From a candidate division FCPU426 bacterium (GTDB lineage Bacteria; Oederibacteriota; Muellerivitia; Muellerivitales; Muellerivitaceae), in NCBI GenBank assembly GCA_963771075.1, contig CAVYSE010000009.1, positions 64,001-128,000 on the forward strand: 64,000 nucleotides of DNA, in the 5' to 3' direction. The notes beneath the pieces are model-generated. The model was not told the DNA's origin. It searched no databases and saw nothing but the letters and a program-made list of their open reading frames with translations. A program made the translations under genes and the position numbers. Shown here piece by piece: positions 44,141-53,565 of this stretch; the first letter of the stretch is position 1; every line of letters begins with the position of its first letter.

Positions 44141-45028
44141 TTATCCCTTAGAGCCCTTAAACCATCCCCTATCTTTCAATCGGGAAAGGACCTCCCCCAC
44201 GGGAGCGCTTTTATTCATCACATAAAAGTGAATACCGGGTGCTCCCTTTTCAAGCAAATCAGCGCATTGCCGAACGGCGTAATCAATTCCTTTGCGAAGA
44301 ACGTAAGCCTTATCCTCCCGATAAGGTTTCAAACCTTCCGACAATTCGACGGGGATCCGGGTTCCAAAACTCCCGATTTTTTCCACCTGAGAGTAATCCG
44401 TGAGCAACCATAGGCCGGGCTGGACCGGAGCTTGAACGCCCAAAGCCCTCAGTTCTTGGACATATCGAAAATAATCTTGATTGTCGAAAAAAAGCTGGGT
44501 AACGACAAATTGCCCTCCAGCCTCAATTTTGCGTTTCAGGTTGATCCGGTCCCGAATCGGACCTCCCGCCTCGGGATGACCTTCGGGATATCCCGCCACC
44601 CCCAGACAGAATCCATAACCTTCTCCCCGGATGAACCGTAATAATTCCTCGGCGTAGCGGAACCCGTCTGGAGCCGGCTTGAAATCCACTTGCCCCTTGG
44701 GCGGATCGCCCCGAAGGGCCAAAATATTCTCCAATCCAGCGTCCCGCACTCGGGTCAGAACCTGTCGGATTTCCTCCTTGGAATGCCCCACACAGGTGAA
44801 ATGCATAAGGGGGAGAATATCCAAACCTTTCAAACGTACCGCGATATCGTAGGTCAAGTCCCGGCTGGAACCACCCGCCCCATAGGTGATGGACATGTAA
44901 TCGGGAGCCAATTGCTTGAGTTCTAAAACAATTCGGAAAAGTTCTTCCAAGTTGCCGTCCCTTTTCGGGGGAAAAAGTTCGAATGAAAGAACTGGCTTAT
45001 GTTGGTTGAATAAATCGATGATTTTCAT
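44141..45028 (-). CDS. metF: Methylenetetrahydrofolate reductase
   Basis: SFELFPPK, ITYGAGGS, HFTC, LALRGDPP, AGYPEGH, TQLFF and GIHFY motifs. Confidence 0.96.
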   Translation of the reverse strand: MKIIDLFNQHKPVLSFELFPPKRDGNLEELFRIVLELKQLAPDYMSITYGAGGSSRDLTYDIAVRLKGLDILPLMHFTCVGHSKEEIRQVLTRVRDAGLENILALRGDPPKGQVDFKPAPDGFRYAEELLRFIRGEGYGFCLGVAGYPEGHPEAGGPIRDRINLKRKIEAGGQFVVTQLFFDNQDYFRYVQELRALGVQAPVQPGLWLLTDYSQVEKIGSFGTRIPVELSEGLKPYREDKAYVLRKGIDYAVRQCADLLEKGAPGIHFYVMNKSAPVGEVLSRLKDRGWFKGSKG

Positions 45029-47343
45029 TGGATTCCCATCCGGAAGTTTTCACGTCTTTGGCCGAGCCAACAGAGTATAGCAAGATAAAGGAATACGGAA
45101 ATCAGAGTGACGACCCATCCGACGGAATAGGCCGCAGGTTTATATTCCAGGAGGAAATGATGCTTTCCAGCGCCTAAGGGGACGGCTTGGAGAAAATAAT
45201 CCCCCGGAATTAACTCGTAAGATCTGGGTCCATCCTTATCAAGCGGAAGGGCATGCCACCCGCGGCTGTAATTGTCGCTCACCAATAAAACAGCAGGCTT
45301 GGATATTTCCGCCCTTATTTCGATATGTTCCGAGTCAATTTCATTCCATGCTAGGGCGGCGTTTTTGGCCCCCCCATTCCCCGGGAAGGAAGGAATATTT
45401 TCCAATAACACTTTGTGAGCATAATCAAAATGAGGCTCGAAGAGGGCCTTTCGAGCAGTGGCGGGGTCAGGGAGAACATCCCATTGATTGAATAATTGAA
45501 ACCGAGCTACCCGAGGAAAAGACAGTTCCTGAAATTGAATCCCTTTTGCGTTTTCCACTAGCAAATATCTCAGCCGAACCAAACCAAAGATTGGGGCAAA
45601 TCGGGTAAAAACAGGCATGACGGAGAAGAGGCGATTATCATTCAAGCCCTGGCTGGAGGCCACAAACTGACCGTATCGCCGAAGGACCAAGGGTTCGTAT
45701 TCCCAAATATCATCCCCGCCTCCCACTAAAGAGTCGGAAGAGGTGCCATAGATCCGATCCTCGCCTGAATGGGTCGCGTTAAATTCTTTTAATGCGGCCA
45801 TCTTTTGCTCCCAATCGGTCATTGGAAATGTTGGCCGGTTCATCCGGGCAAAGACAAAAAGTTCAATAACGCACAATAAAAGCACACCATTATTCCTCCA
45901 GGAATTTTCCAGGCTGAACAAAGTGCCTATCAGGGCGAAGAGCACGGATCCCACCAAAAGGTTCGCCGCAAGATGGATTCCCGAATCCCGGCCAAAAGTT
46001 ACCCGCACAATGGGGTCCAACCCATTCATGGTTTTATTTAGCCAGGAGATTTGGGAAAAAAAATCAACCCAAATTCCCGGAAATAATCGAAGAACCCCCA
46101 ACAAACCCAAACCCAGAAATAAAAGGGCCAAAGACACAAGGCCAAGCGGACGGATCCATACACGCCAAGGCCTCACTTCATTAATGAGCGCATCCAAACC
46201 AGCTCCAGCGGACATCGCGATGATCAAAACCAAGAAAACACTCAACTTGCCCCATCCCCTAATCTCATTCGCGTGTGGCAACCAACGGTAAAGAATGCCG
46301 AAGAGGGGCGTCGCCGGTCCCAAAGCCAAGATCAAAACGGCCAAAGATAAAACCAAGTCGACCTTGAGCCTGGGATTACCTCGCCGGGTCCAGCCGATGA
46401 CCGCCAAAACAATGGCGGTCGCGCCCACATACAATGAAACTTCCCAGGGATACCACCTTCCCCAATAAAGACCCGGAACAAGTTTTCCAAAAAACTCGGG
46501 AAAGACCAACGTCCATAGGTTCTCAATGGGTAGGGAGAAGGAGGATGCCATTTTATAATCGATTGAAAGTCCACGCAGTCCCTCTTGCTCTGCCGCATAT
46601 CCAGTAAAAAACTGGACAGCGGAAATTCCGACGGCCAGTAAAATAGAGCCCAAAACCAAAACCGCTTTCAATCCCCTTTGACTGGTATGAATCATTCGTA
46701 AAAGGAAAAAGAGGATGGCGACTCCAAGTGTAAAAAAAACATACTGGGGATGCCCCGCCAAAATTTGCATGGAAAGTGCGAGGGTCAGAAGACTGGCCCA
46801 ACCAAGTTGGGCCCTTTCCAGGATGCCTTCCAACCCCAGGAAGATCAGGGGAATCCAGGCCATGGCGGAAAGGTTAGGAAGATGACCCGCGGACAAATGC
46901 AGGTAAAAGGCACCACTCCACATGAAGATCGCCCCTGAGGCGAAGGCTCCTCTCGGGGACAAACCCCGGAATCTAGCCCATGAATAGGTAAAACTTCCTG
47001 CAGCAATGATGTGAAAAACTAATATCCAATTAACCGCCTCGGCAAGGGGTAGCCAAAAATGGATCCAATTAGGCGGATATAAAAGAGCGGATTCAAAATT
47101 CCCAAAAAAGGGATTTCCGCAGAGATAATGGGGGTTCCATAACACCAGGTGTCCGGATTGAAGCTGGGAAAAACCATAGGACCGCCAGGAAAGAAAGTGG
47201 AGAAAAAGATCCCCCTGTTCCGTGGAAAGAACCCTTTGTGGTTGAAAAAGAACATCCGAGAAAAGCAGAAGATTAAGGACTAATATTCCGGACAGGCCCA
47301 GGAAATCGGCGGATTGAATTCGGATTCGCAGCAGTCGGCCCAT
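45025..47343 (-). CDS. YfhO-like polytopic membrane protein (probable GT-C glycosyltransferase), paralog 2 (start uncertain)
   Basis: GHLVLWNPHYLCGNPF...ALLYPPNW, GHLPNL..MAWIPL, GHPQY and DNYSRGW...AVPL.AG.H; clearly homologous to 22044..24335. Confidence 0.8.
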   Translation of the reverse strand: MGRLLRIRIQSADFLGLSGILVLNLLLFSDVLFQPQRVLSTEQGDLFLHFLSWRSYGFSQLQSGHLVLWNPHYLCGNPFFGNFESALLYPPNWIHFWLPLAEAVNWILVFHIIAAGSFTYSWARFRGLSPRGAFASGAIFMWSGAFYLHLSAGHLPNLSAMAWIPLIFLGLEGILERAQLGWASLLTLALSMQILAGHPQYVFFTLGVAILFFLLRMIHTSQRGLKAVLVLGSILLAVGISAVQFFTGYAAEQEGLRGLSIDYKMASSFSLPIENLWTLVFPEFFGKLVPGLYWGRWYPWEVSLYVGATAIVLAVIGWTRRGNPRLKVDLVLSLAVLILALGPATPLFGILYRWLPHANEIRGWGKLSVFLVLIIAMSAGAGLDALINEVRPWRVWIRPLGLVSLALLFLGLGLLGVLRLFPGIWVDFFSQISWLNKTMNGLDPIVRVTFGRDSGIHLAANLLVGSVLFALIGTLFSLENSWRNNGVLLLCVIELFVFARMNRPTFPMTDWEQKMAALKEFNATHSGEDRIYGTSSDSLVGGGDDIWEYEPLVLRRYGQFVASSQGLNDNRLFSVMPVFTRFAPIFGLVRLRYLLVENAKGIQFQELSFPRVARFQLFNQWDVLPDPATARKALFEPHFDYAHKVLLENIPSFPGNGGAKNAALAWNEIDSEHIEIRAEISKPAVLLVSDNYSRGWHALPLDKDGPRSYELIPGDYFLQAVPLGAGKHHFLLEYKPAAYSVGWVVTLISVFLYLAILCWLGQRRENFRMGIQ

Positions 47344-47450
47344 AAGGCCATGGAAACAAAAGGGGTTAAAAGCGTCAATAGCTTTTTTCCGGCCCAACAG
47401 GCTAAATCGCATGGTTGGGCGTGCTTGGGAGAAAACTTTCGTGGGAGAAA

Positions 47451-48350
47451 ATGCGCTCAATGGACACCATCTCGATAAACGGCCTGAAGATTGCCTGCAT
47501 CATCGGTATTTTTGACTGGGAAAGAAAGCAAAAGCAGGAGGTCTCCTTGGATTTGCGATTCCCCTGCGATAACCGCAAGGCGGCCCAAAAGGACCGGATC
47601 GAGGACACGGTTGATTACAAAAGGATCGCCAAGGCGACCATTACCTTTGTGGAAAAAAGTGAGTTCAAATTAGTAGAAACCATGGCGGAGCGCTTGGCGG
47701 AAATACTGCTCCAGCAGTTCGCCCTAACCGAGATTTTCTTAAAAGTTTCAAAACCTGGAGCCCTAAGGGGTTCCCAAAACGTAGGAGTTGAGATTCATCG
47801 CTTCCACCAAGGCGTGACGGAAACTCCGTGGATGGCCTTGGGACTGGGGTCCAATATCGATCCCCGCCAGAATTTAAACTTGGCCCTGGAAACATTGGAC
47901 CAGCGTTTTGGTCTTTTGGGTGCCTCCCATGTCTATGAGACCGCACCCGTCGGCTATACCCGTCAACCCGCTTTCTGGAACCTAGCCGCCGCCATTCATG
48001 ATCCAGGCGGATCGATCCCGACCATCCGCAGAGAGCTCCAGGCTATCGAGAAAAGTTCAGGGCGGATAAAAACATCCAAGTCGAATGGTCCTCGAACTTT
48101 GGATGTGGATTTGTTGCTAAGAGGGGAACTAGTCAACCTTAAAGGGTCAAAGAAAATCCCACATCCCGATTTGGATAAAAAGGCGTTTGTTCTATTTCCG
48201 CTATTGGAAATGATGCCTTGGGGAACCCATCCCGTTTCCGGTTTGAGTTTCGTTGAAATGGCCGCGTCTTTTCAGGACAAAAAACAAAAAATCCGCAGGT
48301 TGGGAAGGGATACCTTGGCCCCCTATTATCCCCGGACCTTTATCCGCTAA
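47451..48350 (+). CDS. folB: Fused dihydroneopterin aldolase / 6-hydroxymethyl-dihydropterin pyrophosphokinase (FolB-FolK)
   Basis: IGIFDWER..KQ, TVDY, LVETMAE and KPGA (FolB), then LGLGSNI, YETAPVG, GPRTLDVDLL, IPHP and FVLFPL (FolK). Confidence 0.93.
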   Translation: MRSMDTISINGLKIACIIGIFDWERKQKQEVSLDLRFPCDNRKAAQKDRIEDTVDYKRIAKATITFVEKSEFKLVETMAERLAEILLQQFALTEIFLKVSKPGALRGSQNVGVEIHRFHQGVTETPWMALGLGSNIDPRQNLNLALETLDQRFGLLGASHVYETAPVGYTRQPAFWNLAAAIHDPGGSIPTIRRELQAIEKSSGRIKTSKSNGPRTLDVDLLLRGELVNLKGSKKIPHPDLDKKAFVLFPLLEMMPWGTHPVSGLSFVEMAASFQDKKQKIRRLGRDTLAPYYPRTFIR

Positions 48351-49086
48351 ATCTTCCCCCGTCCACATCCAGGACTTGACCGGTCACGAAGGGATGGTGG
48401 GCCAGGAAAAGAACCGCCGCGGCAATATCCTCCGGGCGGCCCACCCTTTTCAAAGAGGTTTTTCTTAAAATTTCATGTTGACGCTTCTGAGTATAGGACT
48501 TGGGAAACACGATAGCGCCCGGCGAAACCGCGTTGACCCGGACATCCGGCCCCATTTCCCGGGCCATGAATCGGGTCAATCCCACCAAAGCGGCTTTGGA
48601 AGCGCAATATGCGGAATGATCCTTCAAGATGGGATGGGTTCCATAGATATCCGTGATATGGACGATCACTCCCTTGGCTCGTCGAAGCCAGGGATAGGCC
48701 GCCTCTGATAGGAAATAGGGAGAAATCGTATTTACCCGAATGATATTCTCCCAGACTTCCATTTGCGACCTTCCCAATGGGGTAGGTTTGAAAAGCGATG
48801 CGTTATTGACGAGGGCGTTCAACCTTCCCCATCGTCGGATCACCCGACGCACCATAAGCCCCGCCTCTTTGGGACGGTTCAGGTCACAAGCGAAGGGAAA
48901 GGCCTCCGCGCCCTCTTGTTGAAGCGTCCTACATAAAGCTTCGGCTCTTTGTTTGGACCGTTGGTAATGAATGGCAACCGCCCCGCCCTCCAGAACGATT
49001 TGACGGGAGATGGCCTGCCCGATAGGACTGGCGCCGCCAGTCACGAGAAAAACGGGGGGAGATGATTTGGTTTTGGTCAGCGTCAT
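48340..49086 (-). CDS. Short-chain dehydrogenase, pteridine reductase/FolM-like
   Basis: LVTGGASPIG, AIHY.RS, LVNNASLF..TP, HITD, YCASK, RVNAVSPG and FVTGQVL.VDGGR. Adjacent to folB-folK. Confidence 0.82.
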   Translation of the reverse strand: MTLTKTKSSPPVFLVTGGASPIGQAISRQIVLEGGAVAIHYQRSKQRAEALCRTLQQEGAEAFPFACDLNRPKEAGLMVRRVIRRWGRLNALVNNASLFKPTPLGRSQMEVWENIIRVNTISPYFLSEAAYPWLRRAKGVIVHITDIYGTHPILKDHSAYCASKAALVGLTRFMAREMGPDVRVNAVSPGAIVFPKSYTQKRQHEILRKTSLKRVGRPEDIAAAVLFLAHHPFVTGQVLDVDGGRFSG

Positions 49087-49123
49087 AGGTGAATTTTAGC
49101 AAGACAAGAGCGGGAAACAAACC

Positions 49124-49924
49124 TCAAGATTCTTCCCGCAGGTTCGATAGGGTTTTCGTGAGGACCGGGATGAATTTCCAATACCAGCTGGTTAAATGGA
49201 CCCCCGGAGTCTCGGGATGGCTTTGGCTGTAGAGTTTATGGGCCGATTCCCAAAGGATTGATCCCGGGCCGTTGCGGCGAAGATTTTTCTGAAATTCTCT
49301 TAAAAGAGCGGGTGGCCGGATTTCCGAGAAATCATTTAAGGCTTCCATTTGTAAATCATCATTCAAAACCAATAGATCCATGATCAAGGCCAGCGATTTC
49401 GCGCACTCGAATATTTTTTCCGGGCCAGTTTGGGGTCCGGTTTTGAGTTCCAGTCCCTCCGAGAGGATGAATCGGCCCACTTGGGGGATTTTCACTTCAT
49501 AGGAGGAATCTAAATATTTCACCTCCACGGCATGCGGATTTTCCAACAACAGCTGTGCCTTTCGGCTCGGCTGGGCCGCCAAACCGGACCGAGGCGCTTT
49601 TTGTCTGGGTTTGTGCGGGGGAAAAACGAATCGCAAATATCCCAGGTCTCCCCGAAAATAGAGGGAATCGGAATAAACTTTCTCATCCGAGATATGCCGC
49701 TTGTGAAAACCCCGACCAATCAAGTGCTGGTGAAGGCTCCGGCCAAAAGTACCGCCGCCCTTTTCCATGCCGAAAACGGTTTGGGCTTGGATGGAAGGAA
49801 CGAGTGTTTTTCCCATAAGCGACAGGTGATAGAGCTCGGCCGCCTTTTCTTCCAATAAAACCAAATGAGGGAGAAAGGGTTTTAGCCAAGGCAGCCAGGA
49901 AGCGATAGTGGCGGTCGCCCGCAT
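49124..49924 (-). CDS. Hypothetical protein, possibly a degenerate nucleotidyltransferase-fold protein
   Basis: 266-aa ORF with AGGAG SD. The family resemblance is from memory only. Confidence 0.65.
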   Translation of the reverse strand: MRATATIASWLPWLKPFLPHLVLLEEKAAELYHLSLMGKTLVPSIQAQTVFGMEKGGGTFGRSLHQHLIGRGFHKRHISDEKVYSDSLYFRGDLGYLRFVFPPHKPRQKAPRSGLAAQPSRKAQLLLENPHAVEVKYLDSSYEVKIPQVGRFILSEGLELKTGPQTGPEKIFECAKSLALIMDLLVLNDDLQMEALNDFSEIRPPALLREFQKNLRRNGPGSILWESAHKLYSQSHPETPGVHLTSWYWKFIPVLTKTLSNLREES

Positions 49925-49976
49925 TTTTTCTCCTGTCCAACGATGTCCAGGTCTTAGTTATTCAAAAATCTGCTTT

Positions 49977-50207
49977 TTATTCCCGGACTTGAAAACCCTT
50001 TCGCTCAAGGAGGCTGCGGATTTTGCCCCGGGCATCCCCCTGGATTTCCAAAACCATTCCCTTCACGGTTCCTCCTGCACCACAATGCCGCTTCAAGTAT
50101 CCCACCAATTCTTCCAGTTCTTCTTGTCGACGTGTAAAACCCCGGATCATGGTCATCTTTTTACCTGAACGGCCCTGGGTTTCCAACGCCATTTTCAAGT
50201 TTTCCAT
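49977..50207 (-). CDS. yciH: Translation initiation factor SUI1/YciH-like
   Basis: GRSGKKMTMIRG, LKRHCGAGGTVK and EIQGD motifs. Confidence 0.9.
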   Translation of the reverse strand: MENLKMALETQGRSGKKMTMIRGFTRRQEELEELVGYLKRHCGAGGTVKGMVLEIQGDARGKIRSLLERKGFQVRE

Positions 50208-50220
50208 GATCAATTCCCCA

Positions 50221-50256
50221 AAAAAAAAGCCACCCAGAAAACGGGGTGACTTTTTT
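50221..50256 (-). terminator. Intrinsic terminator after the tRNA pair
   Basis: AAAAAAGTCACCC-loop-GGGTGGCTTTTTTTT on the minus strand. Confidence 0.8.
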
Positions 50257-50261
50257 GATTT

Positions 50262-50338
<77 letters not shown>

Positions 50339-50386
50339 TCTTTTTGGCGCTACCAAGCGCCGGGACCGACAAATTTTTATCACAAT

Positions 50387-50474
50387 TGGTGCCGAGACCC
50401 GGAATCGAACCGGGACGGGCTTTAGGCCCGAGGGATTTTAAGTCCCTTGCGTCTGCCAGTTCCGCCATCTCGGC
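50387..50474 (-). tRNA. tRNA-Leu (TAA)
   Basis: GCCGAGATGGCGGAACTGGCAGACGCAAGGGACTTAAAATCCCT + long variable arm + CCCGGTTCGATTCCGGGTCTCGGCACCA. Confidence 0.97.
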
Positions 50475-50577
50475 CTGCGGCCCAATTCCATCAACACCTG
50501 ATCCACTCAATTAAGGTGAATGGACATCCAAGGCCATTCAAGTAAAAAGATGAATCAGACTGTTGAAAAGGAGGTTC

Positions 50578-50606
50578 AGGATAACTTTACGGCATAAGGA
50601 AGTCAA
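50578..50606 (-). promoter_or_regulatory. Probable sigma70 promoter of the tRNA-Leu/tRNA-fMet pair
   Basis: TTGACT-17 nt-TATCCT. Confidence 0.55.
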
Positions 50607-50625
50607 CCGGATTGGTTTTGTTTCC

Positions 50626-50913
50626 CTAATTGGATGGGTTTTTAGAAAATTTGTAGATAACTTCCCCTGGCCGCACAAGATTGAGCTCTTCCCTGGCTTG
50701 TTTCTCCAAAATGGCCGGATTTTTATCCACCGCGGAAACTTCCTCTTGATATCGAGAAATATCGGTTTGGAGCTGATGAATTTGTTTCGTCAAGATTTGC
50801 TTTTCTTGTTGCAACTCATAAAGCCGCCACAAACCTCTGTTTCCTGTCACCACCAGGTAAAGAATGATGAATGCCACCATTAACGGACCCCAATGCTTGG
50901 ATAAAGCTTTCAT
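50626..50913 (-). CDS. ftsB: Septum formation initiator FtsB/DivIC
   Basis: TM segment, G.RG, coiled coil and LEKQAREELNLVRPGEVIY. Confidence 0.88.
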   Translation of the reverse strand: MKALSKHWGPLMVAFIILYLVVTGNRGLWRLYELQQEKQILTKQIHQLQTDISRYQEEVSAVDKNPAILEKQAREELNLVRPGEVIYKFSKNPSN

Positions 50914-51749
50914 TGAAACTCCCAGGGTTTCAGAAGCTCTCGCCAGCCTCTTTTTCGTTCTCGTTCGAAAAGTTCCAGTAAAGGCTCGAGGGGTTGATTG
51001 AACAAGGTTATCTTATATTTGAGCAATTCCTTTTCAAGCGCCACGCTGGGAAGGGAGATGATGAAGACCAATCCCAGAAAAAACCAACTCACCAAAAAAG
51101 TCGACATAAGTAGGGATAATATAAGCAAGCCCAACAGCAAGCCCAATGAAAGAAAACTGTTTCCAAGAACCAGAAAAAAAGATTTGGTGACCACCTCGAA
51201 CACTCCCAGGTCTTGAAAAAAAAGTAGGGGCCATTGGTACATCGCCATCGAATAAAGGTATAGGACGACCCAAAAACTGAAACCTTCAAACACATATCCC
51301 ACTGGCCCCCATGCTCGAATAAGGCCCGGGAAAATCCTGAAATTCCAGTAACACAGAATGGCCATTCCAAGCCAAAGGGCCGATAGAATGACCGCCCGGA
51401 GGGAATAATATCGCATTCCTTCCCAAAAGTTCCAGAATTGGAACCTTTGTCCCGTGAAAATGCGAAAACAGCCATAGGCCCAACCTGTCGAATAGAAAAC
51501 CCCAAGAAAATAAAGGGTTAATAAGCCTGGAATAATTGGAACTTGGGTAGTTCCAAGCCATCCTGCTTTTTGAAAGGACCAAGCCAGGAGCATGACCCCT
51601 ACAAACCAAAGAATGTTGCACAATATTAACAAGCCCAAATGATCGTATAAACGCCAAAACCATGAATGTAATATTTGAGACCAAGAGGTCAAAACCCGAG
51701 GAATTTCCAGAGGAGAGTTTTCTTCTCTATCCACCGTAAGAGGGGGCAC
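50910..51749 (-). CDS. Integral membrane protein of unknown function (DUF624/YesL-like)
   Basis: About six TM segments with the pattern LLILCNILW...FWEG.R.Y..R...QWPLL; coupled to ftsB. Confidence 0.6.
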   Translation of the reverse strand: MPPLTVDREENSPLEIPRVLTSWSQILHSWFWRLYDHLGLLILCNILWFVGVMLLAWSFQKAGWLGTTQVPIIPGLLTLYFLGVFYSTGWAYGCFRIFTGQRFQFWNFWEGMRYYSLRAVILSALWLGMAILCYWNFRIFPGLIRAWGPVGYVFEGFSFWVVLYLYSMAMYQWPLLFFQDLGVFEVVTKSFFLVLGNSFLSLGLLLGLLILSLLMSTFLVSWFFLGLVFIISLPSVALEKELLKYKITLFNQPLEPLLELFERERKRGWRELLKPWEFQ

Positions 51750-51754
51750 GTCAA

Positions 51755-52114
51755 TCAGGCGAGTTCTTTCTCAAACTTTGGGATGGCTTTTTTCAACTCT
51801 AACCGGCCGCGTCCCAGGTTCCCATCCAGGTTGATCGCGAGAGTAACAAAGTAATTTTGCCCTACCATCATCATGATCATCGTTGCCTTGTCGGTTGTAA
51901 TTAGGATTTCAGCGGTATTTCCCAGTCCGAAATTCGAGGAAGCCCGCATGGCGTTTTTAATGATACTTGAATACTCCGCCCCCACCGCATTGATATCGAA
52001 AGTCGCATTATGGGATATTTGATCAATCACGATGCCATCCATTCCGACCAAACCAGCCCCGATGGCCCCTTCCACGTTGGAAATCGTCTCCTCGAGTATT
52101 TTTTTGAAATCCAT
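51755..52114 (-). CDS. Roadblock/LC7 domain protein (MglB/MglC-like)
   Basis: VEGAIGAGLVGMDGIVID...GNLGRGRLELKK; typical size. Confidence 0.88.
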   Translation of the reverse strand: MDFKKILEETISNVEGAIGAGLVGMDGIVIDQISHNATFDINAVGAEYSSIIKNAMRASSNFGLGNTAEILITTDKATMIMMMVGQNYFVTLAINLDGNLGRGRLELKKAIPKFEKELA

Positions 52115-52170
52115 TGAGTTGTCCTTACGGCCGAAGGAAAATGTTGATCACGTATCGTCTGAGGCTGTAA

Positions 52171-53562
52171 TTATATGTTTTTTTCGACTTTTTTCACCAT
52201 TGAATCAATAGAAAACCGCATTAATCCAAGATTGGTTTTTCCATTAGCCAGGATTACAAGTGTAGGGCCGTTAAAATAGACCAAAAGAATGTGGCCGCTC
52301 TCCGAAGTTATCATCAATTGTTGAACTTTGCCTTGTTGTAGAGCATCCACCGCTTGGCGTGAACTTTGTAATAACGGATAAATCTGTTTTGATGCTTCGG
52401 ATTGATAATCCGCCTCTTGGGGGGTAAACAATATTTTCCCTTCAGGGCCCACCCAATATCCCTTCAAGAATCCCTCTACGACGTTTAATTCCCTTAAAGC
52501 ATCCTTCATGGCGATTTTTTTATTATCGTCAAATGACCAGCCGGGGGTCTTATGTTCATTGATAGAAGAATTTACGGCCGAACCGGCCTGGGAAATATCT
52601 TTAATGGGTTCTTGATTTACGGGGGTGGATGCTTCTTTTACCGGTTCCGAAACAGGTGTTATCAATTCCTTAGCAGATTCATGCACGGCGGAGGAGGGGA
52701 CGCTTTTTTTCTCTTCTACCACCACATCATCCTTTCCACCCCGTCGCATGACTAAAAGGATATCCTCACTGGTGAACTTCGAATCATCCTCTTTTTTTGT
52801 TTTATGAGGGTTTTTCACCTCCATTTTGGGTTCCTCGACCAGAACATCTTCTTTTTGGTCGGGTGGTTGGGTAAATTCATTTTTCTTTAATTTCGCCTGG
52901 GAAGGTACGACCGCTGATTCCTTTTGTTGCCGCTCAACTGTTTCCGTGAGTTTCTGGCGAAGCATCAGGTTTTGAGGATCATCCGCCAAAAGCTCCTGTA
53001 AAACCTCAATCGCCTTGTCAAAATGACCTTGTTTGAGGTAAAGCTCAGCGAGTGTTAAAGTTGCGGTACTTTCTTTTACAGTAGCAGCCTTTGACTCGGG
53101 GATATTTTCTTTTTTAGAATCGGTTTGATGGCCTTGGTTTTCACCGGCCGCCTTTTCAATGGCAACCTTTAGTTCTTTTTGCGCGTCCTCGTCATCTGGG
53201 TTAAGGGTTAAAACCTTTTGAAATTCTTCAATTGCGGCCTGGAAATCTTTTTTCTCCAAATAAATAGAACCTAAAAGATTATGCGCCAATAGGTTGTCCG
53301 GATCAATTTCGAGAACCATCTTGAACTCATCCGCCGCCTCGGTGATCTTACCCTGTTCGCGTAATATACGGCCCAAGACCACCTGAGCCAGGGTATAAGA
53401 TGCGTGTTTTTGAAGGCCTTTTTTGCAAACTTCCAGGGCTTCTTTTAAATTACCATGCCTCCGGTAAGCATCCGCCAAGGGGGCGAAGACAAGCGAATCC
53501 GGATTTTCTTCAAGTTTCTTTTTAAGTTCGGAGATTTCAGGGTTTATGGAATCGTTCGTCAT
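52171..53562 (-). CDS. TPR protein with a C-terminal roadblock-like domain
   Basis: NPDSLVFAPLADAYR TPRs, TLTLAELYLKQGHFDKAI TPR, low-complexity linker, C-terminal ...LMITSESG...LVILA...TNLGLMR. Confidence 0.82.
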   Translation of the reverse strand: MTNDSINPEISELKKKLEENPDSLVFAPLADAYRRHGNLKEALEVCKKGLQKHASYTLAQVVLGRILREQGKITEAADEFKMVLEIDPDNLLAHNLLGSIYLEKKDFQAAIEEFQKVLTLNPDDEDAQKELKVAIEKAAGENQGHQTDSKKENIPESKAATVKESTATLTLAELYLKQGHFDKAIEVLQELLADDPQNLMLRQKLTETVERQQKESAVVPSQAKLKKNEFTQPPDQKEDVLVEEPKMEVKNPHKTKKEDDSKFTSEDILLVMRRGGKDDVVVEEKKSVPSSAVHESAKELITPVSEPVKEASTPVNQEPIKDISQAGSAVNSSINEHKTPGWSFDDNKKIAMKDALRELNVVEGFLKGYWVGPEGKILFTPQEADYQSEASKQIYPLLQSSRQAVDALQQGKVQQLMITSESGHILLVYFNGPTLVILANGKTNLGLMRFSIDSMVKKVEKNI

Positions 53563-53565
53563 GGA

